From Vitrella brassicaformis CCMP3155 (taxonomy: Eukaryota > Protista > Chromerida), in assembly GCA_001179505.1 (NCBI GenBank), contig CDMY01000264.1, positions 62,001 to 126,000 of the forward strand: a stretch of 64,000 bases of DNA. The letters are read 5' to 3'. Below the pieces are notes generated by a model. The model did not search any database, was not told the DNA's origin, and was given only the letters and a program-made list of their open reading frames with translations. Positions 48,791 through 62,200 of this stretch are shown here, in pieces. The first letter of the stretch is position 1; each line of letters opens with the position of its first letter. The translations under genes were made by a program, and so were the position numbers.

Positions 48791-51700
48791 TCAGATTTCG
48801 CCCACAGCACTACCGATGGTTATAAACTGCTGACCGCTGGTGGATAGCATCCTCTCCCTACACGCACAGACACAAAGGCACTCACTCTTTTCTGCCTGTA
48901 GACGTGCAAAGGTGCATCTTTATCATGGACTGTATCCACGTACCTGTGTGTGATGCTCTCGTCGCTCTTGTTGCTCTCCTCCGAGCTGAATGGCGAGCCG
49001 CTCGAGTCCTCTTTTTTGTCATTACTAACTGGGGGATAGTCGCTGTGTTTCTTTTTGCCACTCCTCCCGATTGCCGTGCCGGCGCTGCTGCCGTAGTCGC
49101 TGATCTTATCGGCACTGATGATCGGGGGCATCCGGTCGATAGCCTTGGGCGGCGGGGCGTGGGGGAACTCGGCGACGGACGGCAAATTCATGATTAGGCA
49201 GTCAAAGAGGGAGACGTACTTGGACAGAATGAGAACAAGCGACGCCCACAAAATGCTCAGTACAGGGAACAGCACCAACCTGTTTGTGTGGGTAGAAATA
49301 AAAAAAAAGAACCCTTCGCGTGTCTCTCTGTGTATCGCTGTGTCTCGTGCCGCGCTGACCGGTAAGAGCTGCCAAGAAGGGAGGTTCACATCCACTGACC
49401 GATCAGCACGTCGTTCTGATTCTGAGACGCAGATGCAATGAATGATACAGCCATGTACACATTGTGAAGCGGCACTCACCCCGACAAAGAGGACGTTCCA
49501 CCCTACACACGCGAGGCTCAAAAGCGTCCACACAGCCCAGCCGATGATGTTCAGCACCTCCCAAGCAGACATCTGGAACCGCTTCTCGCGAGCGTCCATT
49601 TCGTCCTGGATCAGCACATGTGCGTCTCCCTCTCAGTCTCTCTCTGTGTCTCTCTCTGTCTCTCTTTCACCTCGATCACAAACTTAGCGAAAATCCCGAA
49701 CATGAACAGCCCCACGACCCTCGCGACGACAAACGCCCCCACGGACACGACGATGGTCGACATAGACGGCAGATAGGCCGACCGGGGAGGGTCGCACACA
49801 TGAGAGAAATAGAGGCTCGAATCGGCGTACGAGTCCACGTGGGGACCGACGTTCTCACCGGCAAGTTTGCCGGCGTGGGACGACACGAGGCAGTTGGACT
49901 AGAAGAAGAGGGATGAGAGCGTGATGATGCCCATCAGCGAGGCCTCGAGCACGGCAAAGCGCTGTGCACGAGTCGAGAAGGGGTTATACGTCAGCCTGAT
50001 GGGCGGCAGTGAATAGAAACGGAGTCTAATTGGCGTGGGAGTGCATGACACGATCTTACGCAGATAAGACGGGGTGATTCCTCCGCACCACGTGGCGGAA
50101 TATCTTCAGGTTCGGCCACCGTTGGTACCGAAGCCGGTCAGCGATCGCCCTTGCCTGAGCGACACACACACCAGCCGAGATGAACCACGCACGCAATGGC
50201 TGCGTCCCCATCCTGTGGCGGCAGACCTCCAAGGTGTCTTCAATGACGAAGGACGCCTCGCTCTCCTCTGTCATCGATGCAGAGAGTATCGACGGTCGGC
50301 CCACATTGGTGCTCGCATCCGCGGTCTCCCGCCTGTCTTTCTCATTCTCCTTCTGCTCGAGCTCATCTTCTGTCGCCGGGACATCTGTGACGATTGCGGT
50401 CTTCATGTGGGCAATCATCATGGCGAAGGACTCGGCACACAGCGGATCGATGAATGTGAGCTGCATGCACGAGCAGAGGAGAGAGCAGAGGAGACACACA
50501 TGCGTTTTTGCGAGTGTGTGGATGCGCATGGTGTGCGGATATGTTTGTTGACCTTCATGCTGCCGATGAAGACGGATGCGTCGTCCGCTGTGACGTGTGG
50601 CATTTCCTCGATCATGTAGCCGTGAATCTTCTGGCTCTCTTGCGATGACACATTCAGCACCTGCACACAAACACATACAAATATGCATGCATCTGCCTGT
50701 GAGAATGCGCGTGTGAATCGCAGACCAGGCCGTCATGCGTCCACCAGATGTGCCCAAAATTGCCGTTGCATGCACCTGCACAGCACAGCATGCACCATGG
50801 CTTGTCTCATCATTAGACAGATACAGGTCGATCTGTTTGCCTACAGAAGCAAGCCGAGTAGGGCACCGGCCCCTCATATGTGAAGGAAACCGGCATCGGC
50901 GTCTCTTCGTCTTCTTCATCCCGATCGTCGTCGTCATAAATTTCCAAAACCATGTCCCTCTTCCCGTCCTTCGCCGCGCGGAGCAGCCGCGCCAAAGCCG
51001 TCACCGACACTGCATGATCGTCCTGCTGCACCTGCTCGTCCTCGTTCTCGGCCGGAAGCAGCTCACCGACGGACGGGAACTCCGGACAGACGGAAATCCT
51101 GGCATGGCTCTGCGGTGACTCGACCACGCCGGCCAGGAAGGTGTCTTGGTGGATCAGCTGCGAGGTCTCCTGCTGCTGCAGTAGTGTCTCCTGCTGCCTC
51201 AAGCCGGTCACAAAGGTCTGCTGCTTGAGGCGTGAGAGGATGTCTCTGTCCTCGGTGTGGGAGCCGACACTTGTCGGCAGGATGGTGAGCAGGAGCGTGT
51301 TGTCGCGGTCGAAGAGGGAGACGGCCCTCTCGTTCTCGTCTTCATGGATGCTCTCGATTGCGTCGAGCTCTATTGCCTTCAGGGGGCCGTTGGTGTCGAT
51401 CAGATGCCTCCACTGTACAACACACATCGGGCAGTCAACAGCAGCGCAGACAACACTCACTCATTCACACACATCTCACGACCTCACCTTTGTATCTCTG
51501 AAGTGCACGGCGGGGTGCAGAAACAGCTCCGTTTTTGACGCCCACATGTAGAACGGCTCAAAAGACTCATCCGCCGTCTCTCGGTCCTCAACCACGTACA
51601 CAGTCACCGCATCCGGAGGCGGCACCGATGTGTCGCTCGCCAGCGACTTGCGCGGCTGCCCGGTGTCTCCGTCTGTGTCCTGCTGCTGCTGCTGTGGAGT

Positions 51701-54700
51701 GTTGTCCTCCCGTCGGGCATAGTCGATCTGTGCCTGCATGAGCAGCACATCCAGCTGCTCAAGCCGCTGCTGCTCCCTCTTCTTCTGGTTGGTCAGCCGC
51801 GTGTGCCGCCTCGTCCCGACACTTGCACGCGACAGCCTCGCCGTGGTCTTGCTGTGCTTCTGCATCTCAATCTCCTTCATGACCGAGAGGGTGAAGTGGT
51901 CCGCCGGCTGGTGTGCCCCTCGGTGTCTGAACCGGCGGATGGCCACGAGGGCGTCTTTGATTGAGGCGCGGTGGTCTCGCTGCTGATCTTGCTTCTGCTT
52001 TTTCTTGCTGGGCCGCCGCGGGCAGATGATGCCGAATAGGAGGAACAGCGGGAGTAGGGGGAAGAGGATCAGCCGCCTGGGAGTTATGTAGAGCGGCCCG
52101 ATAGGCAGACACCCCTGACACAACATAAGACAGACAGAGAAGGAGGAAACGTGTCGGATACGTGTCTCTTGGTCTCACGAGTATTCGAATGGCGGGCATG
52201 ACGACACAGAGGAATCCGCTGTTCTCCCGCCTTTCATAGATGTCGCGGAAGAAGAAGGGGAGCCTGTCGTCGATCGGCATCCAGTCAAAACGATCCTAAC
52301 ACACGACCAGGGACGCATTTGTGTCCTGTTAGACACGCACATGGCTCACTGGACACACTCACCCGCAGCCACAGAGCGACAACGGGGACCTTGAGCAAGG
52401 CAGTCGACAGCACCACAAACACCAAACCAAGATTGCCTAGAGAAAGGATTACAGGTGTCGATAAATGAGCGACACCTCATCAGTATGCGTGTCTCTTTGT
52501 GATGCCTACCGGCCTTGAGCATGCTGAGCAGCACACTGGTGTCGAATGTGAGCTGTGGACTGTCGCTGCCCTTGCCGCCGTCCACACGCACATGATCGTC
52601 CACATAAATCGCAGCCGTAAACGTCGTCAGGTGTGTACACGCGCACTTCACACATACACAGAGAAAGGTACACATTCATACCCGAGACGCATGCCTTCGT
52701 CTGGTGGATCGCACCTGGATCGACACATCAGTGGCCGTCACGTTGCATTGCGCATCGACGTACTGCTCATTCCCCTCATCCCACTGCATGCACGACGGCT
52801 GTCCAGAGGGCGCCGATGCATCCCGCGGGAATGACAGCACCAGGTCAACGTTCTGCACGTCAGTGAGCTTCGTCGCGTCTCGCCAAAGGTCCACTGTGAT
52901 GGCCGTGTCGAGCACAAGTGCTTCTGGTGTGGGTGTGTGTTTGGACAGAAGGGGGTTGCTGGGCAGAGTGACTGCGGTGGCGTGCGTGGCGTTGGCATTG
53001 GCTATACTTGCCGCTGAGAGAAAGATGCGCGTCTGCAGACATAGATGCATGTGTGTCTCTTTCCTCTTTCACGCCTCTCTCTCTCGCTGGCTCACTGTGT
53101 TGATGCCCAGTATGGTGTTGGCCTGTCTGGGCGTCATTTGGATGGAGAAGTCATCCTTGGTGTGCACCAAAGGCAGCGAATACTCCCGGGCAAGCCTCGT
53201 GATATTCTCATAGACCTCGTCCTGCATTTTCAGTTAAGAAACAAGATGCATACGCACATACACGTGCTCTTTCTGCTCATATTGCCCACCATCAGTGCCA
53301 ACGCGTCTGTGGCGTTGCCATCCTTGGTCAAGAATCCCCTCTTCGCCAAGGCATTCATGACGGCGGGCAGCACCCGCAGCAGCAGTGAGGCGCTCTCTTT
53401 GTCTGTCTCCGTGATCAACTCTGTCAGCTCCCTCACAACCGCCACCAGTTCGCCAGCCATTAGTGTGTCTCCGGCCATGTCGGCCAGCTTCTCAGCTGCC
53501 TGTGCGACAAGCATCTGGGTCTCTTGCGTATCGTCGTCAGTATCGATCAAGGATAGAAGTTCCATCAGCTGAGACATGAAGACGGCATCATCACCTTCTC
53601 CCTCTTCCTCTCCTTTCCCCCTTCCGGCCTCTGACGCAGCAACAATGTAGGAAGCGATTTCTGCGGAATCAGCGGTGCCGTTCAGCATGTCGCTTATGTT
53701 GCGGAGCGGCGCCGCTGCTGCTGAGACAACAATTCTCGCATAGGGGCAGGTCGGTGTGCTCTTGTCGTTCGTCGCCGTGCAGAGCGACGACAGCATCCAT
53801 GGCAGCTGGGTGTTGTGATGGCACGGCAGATGGCAGGTGTTGTTAAGCGCGTCCGTGATATGCGAATAGATCAGGTAGTCTCCTGGCGGCAGATGCACGA
53901 GCAGACAGGGGTCCTGTCGTCGGTAGGACAGCACTCGTATCGGCTTGACGCTTTCAAATTCGGTCACGAAGGTGCTGTATGTTTCTCGGCCCATCTCGCG
54001 CGCATAAGGGTCGATCTCCCACCCATACTGGTCGATGTGCACTCGGCCATCCCCCACCGACGCCCGCAACTGGCCAGCCACCGGGAAGAGTGTGGCGCGT
54101 ATGTTTGTGTGCCAGTCGTCGGTCTGAGCGTGGTAGATCCATCCGGGGTGCAGCGTCCCCGCCGGGACGCTCCCGTTGGCTAGCGATATCTCCTCGGCAA
54201 AAACCTCTTCTGCTTGTACGCGACCGTAAGACACCAAAGGCGTCAGTATGGTGGGGGCACTCGTCCCCAGATCCACAGCAGCATGAGACGACACCGGCCG
54301 CTCGATGCTCCTGTCAATGTGTCGGAAAGACGTTTGCAGGTCGCGTGTGACAGTTATCGCGCCGGCGGCCACGCTGCCTTTGCTCAGCTCCTGGCTGGCT
54401 TCGACGGCAAACACATATATTCCCTGCCGTGTGTTGTTCAGTCTGTAGGAGACGCTCCTCTCCGTAAATGGCACCACCTGTGTCGCAATCAGGGCGCTTC
54501 CATTCATGTTGCTCTCCATCAGCGTGTAGTTGAAGCAATCGTGCACTGTCGCGTTGGCAGCAAGAGCCCGGAACAGCAGCTGAGGGGCCGACAGGTATGG
54601 CGGAGTGCGTGTGGGCGAGACGGCAAATCTCGAAGTGACAGGCGTCCAGACGCAGTACCAATCCGTCCTTGTTGGCTGCGCCGCGCCTTGTGGCTCGATG

Positions 54701-57700
54701 TCCAGAGCAAGGGTCATGTTGCCGCCCAACGAGAGAGACAGTGCTGGCGCGTCGTATCTGTCGACCCGACGGGGAACACGGCTTCCCTGTTGCAAGTCGG
54801 CGAAGTGATGTTGGCGGCGATATCGAACCGGCTCTCGACGTCTTGTTCGGAGACGCTCATCACGAGAGTGGACGTGTTGCCACGATCCGGCAGCCACGTC
54901 ACCGTTGCATTGCGGGGAGCCCCTGATCGTAGACGTATCTGCAACAAGGCAGCAATAGGCGCCGATTCGCCTGATTGATCGGCTCTTCTCTCTTAACCTT
55001 CTCCGTGGGCTTGAACGTGTATATTTTGCGCTCGACTGACACAATTGGCTCGTTACAGCAGGTCTCCTTGAGCAAGGGAATCTGCACGCGCCTTGTTGCG
55101 GATACGGAAAGGTAGCTCTCGACCGTTATGACAAGCAGCAGCGGCTTCGAGCTGATCTCCTGAACCTGAGCCAGCAACGTCCGGCTCAGCACCAGCGTCG
55201 TGACTGGCCTCTTCAAGCCTGCACCACCACGACAAACGGTTGTCTGCCGGTTTACGCGTTATTGGCGTACCTGATGCCTGCTCCAGCGTGTCAGAGAGCG
55301 GCAAACACAGCTGTCTCGGCTCACAGCCGAACGAAAACTTGACCTTCCGTCCGCCGGCTCCGCCCACCAACACGTCCACGCGCAAATCCTCTTTGCCACA
55401 GGTAGAAAAATGGTCAGGTGCCATCACGCGGATGGAGGGAAAGACGGTGTCGATTTGGGGAGATGCCAAGTACTTCACGTCCTCGGTCGGGTTCAGCGTG
55501 CTCCTGACTTTATCTTGCAGAGACAGCGTCGCTCCCTCTCCAGCAATCAACAAGACGCACCTTCTGTCAGGCGTGGCCCACATGCAGTGGGCTCCCTGGC
55601 CAAAAAGGCCTATGCTGCCGATGGCCGCGCAGGGGTTGCTGCCCTTGCAGCAGAGAGGCGCCTCGAAGCAGACATGGGATACCGCGGGCGAGAAGGACGC
55701 GGCGGCTGACACAAGTCGGGGCTGAGGGTACGGCGTGTCCTCGGAATCGAGGGTACAGAAGGTGGAGCAGCCGTCTTGCGAGAAACGGTTAGAGTCGTCT
55801 GGATGGCACAGAAGAAGGGACACAAGCCATCACCCCCTCAGACCCCTGCGCATGGGTGCGTGTGCGCATACCGCATTGTTCGCCTCCTTCGATCATCCCA
55901 TTCCCACACCTGGCACTCTAAAGATGGAGAGATTAACACAGATGTGACTGTCTTCTCTCATCTAGGGTGCTTACGCAGTTTTTCGAAGGGTTCAGTGCCA
56001 GACATCCCTCCGCTGTGGTGCATGTCTCCCCGCATATATTGCCAGGGTAGACCTCGATAACCGAAGACGCTGCCGGCTCCACTGCAAAGTCTTCTGGGTC
56101 TTCACACGTGCCGCTGTCCGAGGCATCGCACAGACATGCCTTGAAGCTGCCCGCGTGGGGTGGAGCCACACTGTCGCACACAATCTGCTCGTTGGTGGAC
56201 TGCTGTGACGCTGGGCAGATGACAGCCGGGGCCGCCGAGCCGCAAGTTGTGCTTGCGTCGCCGGCAATAAGAGTCAGCCTGTCGCGTTGGGCATCGAAGT
56301 AATTGCCCCTGATGACCAGCGTGATATTCTCGCCCGCCCCGGGAGCCTTGCCGGGGTTCGACTGCTCCACCGCAGTAACAACGCTCTTTTCTGAAAGGAT
56401 ACACACACACACAACGCATTCGAGGAGGCGGAAAAAGAATTGGATGGCAATCGAACTCAATCGATAATGCTCATCAGCCAGTTGCCCCCGCCGGCGTTTT
56501 TGGAAGGTGCGAAGTTGTTCGCGGCCGAGCAGTCGCCGTCGAGTGTAGGTGAGGCATCGCACTTGCAGAGACACAGCTCGGGGGCGACCCTGTATGCCAC
56601 CGTGGTGCACACCAGCGACGGGTCGCATATCAGGTCAAATCCCCCTGACTGCGCACAGGAGCCGCACGTGGCCAGCTTGAGTCGATCCGTCTGCGTGTCG
56701 AAGCCATCTGCCACAAGCTGTACTGTCTGCGGCTCGCTCTCGATCAGGACCTTCGGGCTGAAGTCCCTAATAATGAAAGAGGCTATGGCACACACACACA
56801 AGAGAGATCATAAATGTAGAGGACAGGATGATCGTGGTCACCGGATAATGAGGCGAGCGGTTGAGGGCCTGGAATGATGATCTCTTGGATGAGCGCCACG
56901 GAGTCGTTCAGGATGAAGCTCAAGCTCTGGCACGCGACAGATGTAGTCTTCTCCTGCTTGCTAAGCGACAGATCCTCAGCCAGAACCACATCCGGCGTCC
57001 GCGGCAACTTCACGTCGGAGTCTTTGAAGAGGTTCTCCAGGATCCGTGCAGAGGTGTTTCTCGCCTGCGCCCTCAGCTGCTGATAACTCTCCAACAGAAA
57101 CGTGTTGTTGGATCGCGGCACCCACTCGTCGTGGCAGAGGGCCACTATGTAGCCATGATCCGACGTGAAGTCGAAGGGGGCCGCAGACGAGCTCCGTGTC
57201 TTGCTTGTTGATGTCGTCCTTCAAATCCTCGGGAATCTCACAAGGCAGCAGATAGAATCTTTGGACTTTGAACTCCTCGAGCAGCTGCTCCAGCGATGAT
57301 TGCGTGCCCGACAGTTCTGTCACCAGAGGGAACAGCATGAGCTCGTCTGAGCGGTCAAACCGCTTGCCACTTAGAGTGACAGACAACTGAGGGCGCATGA
57401 GGCACACTGCGACATCTGCTCATGTGCCTCTGTGAAGATGTCCCACCTTAACCCCGACTTCTGGCGGCCTTGAGACGTCCACACTCTCAACCGATGCTTG
57501 CACTGACAAAGAGGCAGGCCGACACATGACAAGAGAAAGAAGAAAGCGGCATGTGTTCTCTTCGATATGTCTGTCACCATAGCAGGTGGACTGATCGTCT
57601 TCCAATCGAGCAGTGCCCGAGCACTGACACTCAAAGCCGTTGAGTCTGTCCACACACACGTCACTGCAGTTGTTCATCGACGATGCCGCGCACTCATTGA

Positions 57701-60700
57701 CGTCTACAGAGCAAGGCAGTGTGAGACAGAATGCGTGTGCACGCGATCTCATTATCTCATCGCTTACCAAAGAGCAGCCCAGTGTACGAGTAAAACAGAT
57801 TGCCTGAGCCGTATGAGTCAATTACAGCCCCCCCATGCGAAGTCACGCTCAGAGGTCCTTCTGCCGGGATCTGCAGGGTCACGTCCAGATAAATCTCTTC
57901 CCGCACCGCTGCGCCAATCAGTGCCGCGCTCGTCACCTAGCACATGCACCTTGAAATCATCGTATCTCAATATCTCGGCTGAGGTGGCTTACGTGTATTT
58001 GGCTGGTGTCGACATTCCGGACCAGCTCGGAGAACTCCAGTGTCAACACGTGCGTCTCATTGTTGGTAATGACGGTGGCGTTTGTATTTGGCAAGACCAC
58101 GTGCGGGGGAATGATCGCTGCTCAACAACAGATTCACAGCAAATTGCAAATAACGATTCATTTCAGATCTGTCCTCACGTGTCGTCCTGATGGCCCGCGT
58201 GGCGGCGACGGTCTGGACAGTGCCGCCCTCGTCGACAGCCACAAATGAGATATCGTGATTGGTGTCGGGAACCAGCCCAGAGAAGGTGAAGACCCCACTG
58301 CTGCCAAAGGCCATCTGCTGCTTTGGTGATACGCTGGTGGTTGGTGGCTGATTGACCAAGTCGAAGTCGGAGACGGTGTTGGTCACAAAGTCGGCGCTCG
58401 TGATTGGCTGGCAGTATATGAACGCCGTCTCAGAAGCGACGACTTGCACCGTGATGGTCTCCTCACTAGCCACGATCGATGTCGCATTGAAGGGGAGAAC
58501 GGGCGGTGTAATGTCCGAGTCCACCGCGGAAACTTGCATGCACACCTTTGGCTGACTGTTGTCTCCTTGGCTAACCGAATATCACTGTGAAGCTGGCCTG
58601 TTGAGTGTTGCCATTGCCAGCGAGATCCACAATCTTGCCCGCATCGATCTTCACCTCCACGTTCCCCTCAGCTACTGCTTCCAAGCGCACTAGGTCGCCG
58701 TCTATCGAGAGTATTGCGGCGTTGGTGAGCGTGAAGGTGCTCGCTCCGAGAGGCTGCGATGCCAGGACGAAATTGTCGTCGGCCACAGTCACGGTCACAT
58801 TGAACTGTTGCTGTCGTGTTTTGGGCCCAGACGTGGAGGAAAGCGCGATGGTCGGAGGAATAGGGTCTGGAGGAGACAGCAAACTGCTTTTGTTGGTTCA
58901 TGTGCCTCGTCCCTTACTGACCAAATTCGACGGTGATTGTGTTGGATCGCTGGTTGGTCAGGCCCTTGTTGTCCTCGGCCGCCCTTTCCGCCAGATACAC
59001 TTCCACAGTGCCCCCGCCCGTCTTGGCGTTGGGCACGAGGATTGTACACCTGAAGTCTCTGCCGCTGATCCGCTCCCACGACGTCACATCACCCTTCTCC
59101 CCATCCACCATGAAGTACTGCGTAAAATCTTTGTTTGTTGTCGTGCTGGTGCTGAACCTCATGTTGACCGGGAAGCTCGCCGTGTTGACGAGGGATGAGG
59201 CCGTGAGGTCAACTGTCGGAATCCAGTCTAAAGCCTGGCCAGAACCGATGTAGTCTACACACACAGACACACGCACGCACACAGAGAGAGACCAGAGACA
59301 GTGCGGGTCAACCGAGTGGTGTCTCTCTGACCGAAAGTGACGACAAGCTGCAGAGACTCTTGATTTGGTTTGCTGGCGCTATCAACCGCCAGTCCCTCGT
59401 TTGCTTTGATCGTCACAACGTCGCTGCTCGGGGTGACGTCGAAGGAAAAGGTGCTCGGGCCTCCCGTGACGCCTGCAGCGGTGATGTTGCCGTTGGTGAC
59501 CGACAGCTTCGTCTGGTCGCTGATGGTGACATCTTTGCTGAATGCGATGAACACTCGGAAAGGGTAGGCTGCTGTGGTGTCTTGATTGTCCTGCAAATAC
59601 AGCACTGCCGTGGGAATGGGCGTCGCTGACAAAGCAGACAATGACATGAGGCATCCTGTGTGTGACACTTCTCGTGTTGGTTGTCTCACTGTAGTCGACT
59701 GCGATCGAGGCTGGCGAGTTGCCCCTGTATGGGACGGCCGCATCGGCCACGACATCATCGCCGATCGTCACGTTCACTCTGCCCTCGACGGTGGGACTCA
59801 GCTCAACTGTCACCTGTGCTGCAACGCACACACGCACACACACGAATATTCACGGAAAACAGGGAGTGGATCTATCCTTACAAGCCCCCACGAGCACATT
59901 GGAGTACACGACGTCCGCTGATGGCTGCTGTGCGGGATTCAGCGCCTCAATAGAGAGCGTGAGGTCTTCAGTTCTGTTGAAAGTAGCGACGTCAATGGGC
60001 TCCTCCAAAGGTGATAACAACGGTGATGGGCAAAGACGCCCACGCCGCCTGGGGAGAGGACATGGTGGCCGAGAACGGCAGCACGGCTGCAATAAGCGCA
60101 TGCATCACATGTGCATGTGTAGATGGTGTCTATCAGCACAATGCGCGTACTGTATGTAAACCTGAAAAGAGAAGTATATCCACAATGTATAATGCAGGCT
60201 GCAACACTCTCAGTTTATCGTCAATACGTGAAGTTGGTGTTGGGGTTTGGGAGCCCGAGGCCATCCTGTGGAGAAGCACGCACCCGCGTTTGCTCGATGC
60301 AACGGCACACATGCACGTATGTCTTCGTACCTTCACAATGCCGTGCATGACGGTCAGCATCAGGTACGTCACACTTCCGCCTCCGGTCGGAGCGTCGGGC
60401 ACTATCACAGCCTCATAGAGAGTGTCATTGCCAACAGCCGCCCTGTCAGTATACACACAGGTGAGCGTCGGCTCGTCACCGTGGTATGCACATGATGATG
60501 TCTCTGTGTGATCGTGCCTGATGTCGGTGAGAGTGCCGTTGGTGACGAAGGACTCGGTGGCCGGCGCGAAGCCCGCCGACACGCTCCCGCCAAATGAGAT
60601 ACTGAGAGTGATTGGGGTGGTGTAATAGCTCGGAGGCGGGTCGACGATTGACGGCGCGGGCACTGTGTGTAAGAATATACCCATCCGTATGTGTATTTGT

Positions 60701-61949
60701 ATACGTTGACCTATGTGTGGCTGTGCATTTCTCAGGGGGATACCTGACTTGTGGTAGCACGTGCGTTTTCCTGGTGCGGCGGCGTCGTACGAGTCGATCA
60801 AGCCATAGAGGATCCGACACTCGGGCTCTTCCGGCTTCCCTGTGTGCTCAATCGCGGTGCAACGCCTGCATACACACGTGAAGCACACATCAAGGTCAGT
60901 CAGTCGGTCAGCGCGGATTATACTCGCCGCACACTCACCTGTCCAGAAGGCACTCCACCGAGCAAATATATCTTCTCTCCCAATCGCCGGTGTTGCTGTT
61001 CCAGTCAAGCTCGGTCAGATTGGCGATGCGGTAGAGTGTCTCCTGGCCGCCACTCCGACAACCACCACTGTTCTTAAACGCTAAAGACATCCATCAACAT
61101 TCATATACGGTGTGAGATCGATCGATCGACCGATCGATCGCCAGTACGTATTGTCGTACCTCCTCCTTGCCGAACGATGCAGAGCGTGGTGGTGGAGTCC
61201 TGTGTGGGAGGGATCTTGGCCCAGCTATGGTGAATTCTGCAATGCCGCGTGCTGTCAATCTGCAGCCGACATGGACGTGCCCACGTATGGCATGCAGGAA
61301 GAGATACAGACATGTGTGAGAAAGCCTCACGTTGAGCTGGAATCCTGTACAGACAGGATGCGCGCTGCAAAGCAAATCAGACGTCACAGGTTCACCCACA
61401 CCAAGCGGCACGTGCCTCGTTTGCCTGTCTTCAAAAGCTGCTTACAGACACAGTTCTCCACATTCCATCTTCCTGGCCTCGGTGTCGCCCTCAGGGATGC
61501 TCGTGCTCAGCGTATAGTCATGGAGCGGAAGAGTGTCCGTGTACCTGTGTACAACACGTACAACACAGAGATGTACGTACGTGTACACGTACGCACGCAC
61601 GCGTAGGATACGTATATATTTATGTACTCAAAGAATCTGCCCTGGCTGGGGCAGCTGCCTTCGCAAATGCAATCGGACGTCACATCGGGCTCTCCACCAA
61701 CGCGCGACATACAGGAAAACAGCCACTCATTGAAACCGACACAACTGGTGCGCTTCTGCTCACTGAATTCATCTGTCCACTCTGCAGCATCGCCTGCAGA
61801 AAACACAGGAGACAACACATGCTCAGCTGTCGCCATCTGCAGTGCAAATGTGTGCATCCCCCACCTGTCCACAAAAGCAACTTCAACGAAAGGACAAGCA
61901 AAGCACGAGCAATGGGCACCGTCGTGATGATCCCTTTGCGGCCGTGCAT
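48791..61949 (-). CDS. Giant polycystin-1/REJ-GPS-like multi-pass receptor, paralog B (in-frame TAG at 49899-49901)
   Basis: Signal peptide MHGRKGIITTVPIARALLVLSLKLLLWT, then the same domain order as A: Ig-like repeats, EGF-Ca, Cys blocks, DUF4215 repeat, long exon 53230-55200, GPS SCMQWDEG...KCACTHLTTFT (HLT at 52625-52633), NHPVLSA|..[18 protein letters not shown] and further TMs. Probable end SAVGEI* (the last acceptor is ambiguous). Confidence 0.78.
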
Positions 61950-62200
61950 CGTTGCCCGTGCTCCCCCCTCCTCAGCTGCCTTTGCAGACAAGAAAACACG
62001 TGTTGTCGGCTGCACTGTTTGCAGCCGCCCTGTTTTCACCGGCCCCCGGCAGCGCGGCTCTCGTTCAAATGCCGACTGGCCGCTTAATAGGGGGATTGCA
62101 CCTCAAAGAAGGGAGGGAAGGGAGAAAAGCCGATCTTTGATCCAAAAGCTCGCAAAATGGGCTAAGCTCGCAGACGCAGCGAGGATAGATCTTTCCGTGG
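61950..62200. promoter_or_regulatory. ~250-bp divergent intergenic region, receptor B / Mpv17-like gene
   Basis: Lies between ATG 61949 (-) and ATG 62201 (+). Two AAGCTCGCA copies, at 62143-62155 and 62161-62173. Confidence 0.6.
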
